Source of the DNA: Candidatus Micrarchaeota archaeon
GTDB lineage: Archaea > Micrarchaeota > Micrarchaeia > Anstonellales > Bilamarchaeaceae
Direction of reading: 5' to 3'
Length of the DNA stretch: 26,487 bases
NCBI GenBank assembly: GCA_964454475.1
Contig: CAYVTJ010000001.1
Span: 1 to 26,487, forward strand
Shown: positions 25,216 to 26,487 of the stretch, piece after piece
Numbering within the stretch: position 1 is the first letter of the stretch
How the letters are laid out: each line of letters opens with the position of its first letter
Made by a program: the position numbers and the translations under genes
Notes under the pieces: generated by a model
The model's input: only the letters and a program-made list of their open reading frames with translations
Database searches by the model: none
Told to the model about the DNA's origin: nothing

Positions 25216-25815
25216 GTGCTCATGGCAGGAAAAAGAACAAAAGTAGTCGATAAGTGGAAAAGCAAGAAATGGTATGATGTTGTAGCCCCTGAGATGTTCG
25301 ATAGGAAGCAGATTGCTCAAGTTGTAGCAAGTGATGAGAAACAGCTCAAGAACAGGATAATCAGGAAAGGGCTCATGGAGCTCGGGACTGCAGGACCATC
25401 CCAGATCGCGATGTTCACCAATCTTCGTTTTAGGATCACCGATGTTAATGGGGATACTGCGGATACCCGGTTCATCGGGCATGAAGTGGCATCGTCATAC
25501 ATAAAGACCTTTGCAAGGAGGGGGAAATCTCTCATCCATCAAATAGTCGATGAGAAGACGCGGGATGGAGAGGATCTCAGATTAAAGGTCATCGCGGTTA
25601 CTGGATCAAGGGTAAGCCAGAACACCAAAAGGAATATCCGCGCCGCCCTTCAGGAAGTCTCGCATTCCCAGATAGCGGAAAACGATTTCAAGGATAATAT
25701 GGAACAGATAATATCTGGTAAATTTTCCTCTATGATATTCAACCGACTAAAGCAGATAACCAAGATGAAAAGAGTAGAGGTTTGGAAATCCGAGAGAGGA
25801 GAGAACTTTAAGTGA
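25216..25815 (+). CDS. rps3ae: 30S ribosomal protein eS1 (S3Ae)
   Basis: DKWKSKKWYDVVAPEMF, LRFRITDV, TRFIGHE and RVEVWKSE. It follows rps15. The start is GTG 25216 or ATG 25222. Confidence 0.93.
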   Translation: MLMAGKRTKVVDKWKSKKWYDVVAPEMFDRKQIAQVVASDEKQLKNRIIRKGLMELGTAGPSQIAMFTNLRFRITDVNGDTADTRFIGHEVASSYIKTFARRGKSLIHQIVDEKTRDGEDLRLKVIAVTGSRVSQNTKRNIRAALQEVSHSQIAENDFKDNMEQIISGKFSSMIFNRLKQITKMKRVEVWKSERGENFK

Positions 25816-25819
25816 TATT

Positions 25820-26152
25820 ATGATGCCCCCGGGAATGGATCCAAGAAAGATGCAGCAGATGATGCGGCAGATGGGTATTCAGTCAAAGGAGATTCCGGCA
25901 AAAAAGGTTATCATCGAGACGGATGACGGGAATCTGATCATAAACAATCCCCAAATCACTGAGATAAACATGCAGGGTAACAAGTCATATCAAATTACAG
26001 GAAGTATAGCCAAGGAAGCATCGATCTCTGATGAGGATGTGGATATGGTCGTTTCACAGGCCGGTTGTTCAAGGGAGAAAGCAAGAAGTGCACTCGAAGA
26101 TTCAGACGGAGATATTGCAGGAGCGATCCTTGCCCTGAGCGAAGATGAATAG
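25820..26152 (+). CDS. nac: Nascent polypeptide-associated complex protein (archaeal NAC)
   Basis: PRKMQQMMRQMGI, KKVII, SYQITG, and a UBA-like C-terminus (DVDMVVSQAGCSREKARSALEDSDGDIAGAIL). Confidence 0.95.
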   Translation: MMPPGMDPRKMQQMMRQMGIQSKEIPAKKVIIETDDGNLIINNPQITEINMQGNKSYQITGSIAKEASISDEDVDMVVSQAGCSREKARSALEDSDGDIAGAILALSEDE

Positions 26153-26376
26153 TCCTGGGGAGAATAATCGCCTTTTTGCGCATTCGATTTTTCCCATTAC
26201 GAATCATCTTTTTTGAATTAATGTGGTTTATTTTCTTTTTCTTATTATTACATAACAAGCATATGCCATCCACAACATGAGAGGGTGGATGATATAACAG
26301 CGGCTGTTTCTTATTTTCACTTGCCCCAGGTTTGAGATAAGGGGGCATGGTCCTGGCGGAGTATTCCTGTATTTTC

Positions 26377-26459
26377 TGACTTGACTTCGCCAGATTAGAA
26401 TAAAGATGAATACCTGGATTGTCTTTTTTTGACTTGACTTCGCCAGATTAGAATAAAGA
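26377..26459. repeat. Two identical 30-bp direct repeats at 53-bp spacing
   Basis: TGACTTGACTTCGCCAGATTAGAATAAAGA at 26377-26406 and 26430-26459, separated by 23 nt. Confidence 0.9.
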
Positions 26460-26487
26460 AGGTTGTCTGTTTTATCTTTTTGGGCTA

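Noticed and set aside
151-25535. Numerous short alternative-frame and antisense ORFs in the track (for example 151-408, 1161-1502, 2690-3088, 9204-9647, 11391-11894, 17323-17724, 23992-24546)
   Set aside because: They are shadows of well-supported genes or of the transposase remnant, with no motifs and no independent start signals.
25995-26348. 117-aa minus-strand ORF
   Set aside because: It derives from T-rich intergenic sequence (poly-K/N) and overlaps nac antisense, so it is likely spurious.
26377-26459. CRISPR array
   Set aside because: Only two repeats. The 23-nt gap is short and resembles the sequence after the second copy (GGATTGTCTTTT vs GGTTGTCTGTTTT), as in a tandem duplication. 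There is no third copy at the 53-bp period, no GAAA(C/G)-type end and no cas gene in the window. It cannot be fully excluded because the window ends 28 nt later.

Overview
This is an archaeal chromosomal window, densely coding and mostly housekeeping. Archaeal markers include eS1/S3Ae, archaeal uS15, NAC, Rpo11/RpoL, Csl4, RNase P Pop5, membrane-type LonB, archaeal asparagine synthetase and GGTGA-type Shine-Dalgarno sites. The lineage cannot be fixed without a search; a Micrarchaeota/DPANN-like organism is my guess only. The left edge has a frameshifted transposase remnant and a possible MITE-like scar. It is followed by a secreted Lon-like (S16) protease plus an unknown coiled-coil protein, then a minus-strand run: PH-domain protein, catalytically degenerate tRNA-splicing endonuclease subunit, HerA, secreted Ig-like protein and Elp3. 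Next come an RNase HI / orphan amino-DNA methyltransferase / AlkD cluster, YchF, CutA overlapping Pop5 antisense by 136 nt, PurE, TrmI, an FMN reductase with a ComEC-like metallo-beta-lactamase, and a divergent Lrp/AsnC-asnA pair. The rest holds LonB, DUF373, csl4-rpoL-signal peptidase, a GNAT plus a Lys-rich unknown, and rdgB-rps15-rps3ae-nac, ending in a repeat- and palindrome-rich non-coding right end. I found no tRNA, rRNA or convincing CRISPR array. All family assignments come from motif recognition by eye, with no database search. I found no unmistakable new multi-gene system. The best leads are the methyltransferase-AlkD coupling, the CutA/Pop5 antisense overlap, the non-catalytic EndA subunit and two structured non-coding regions.
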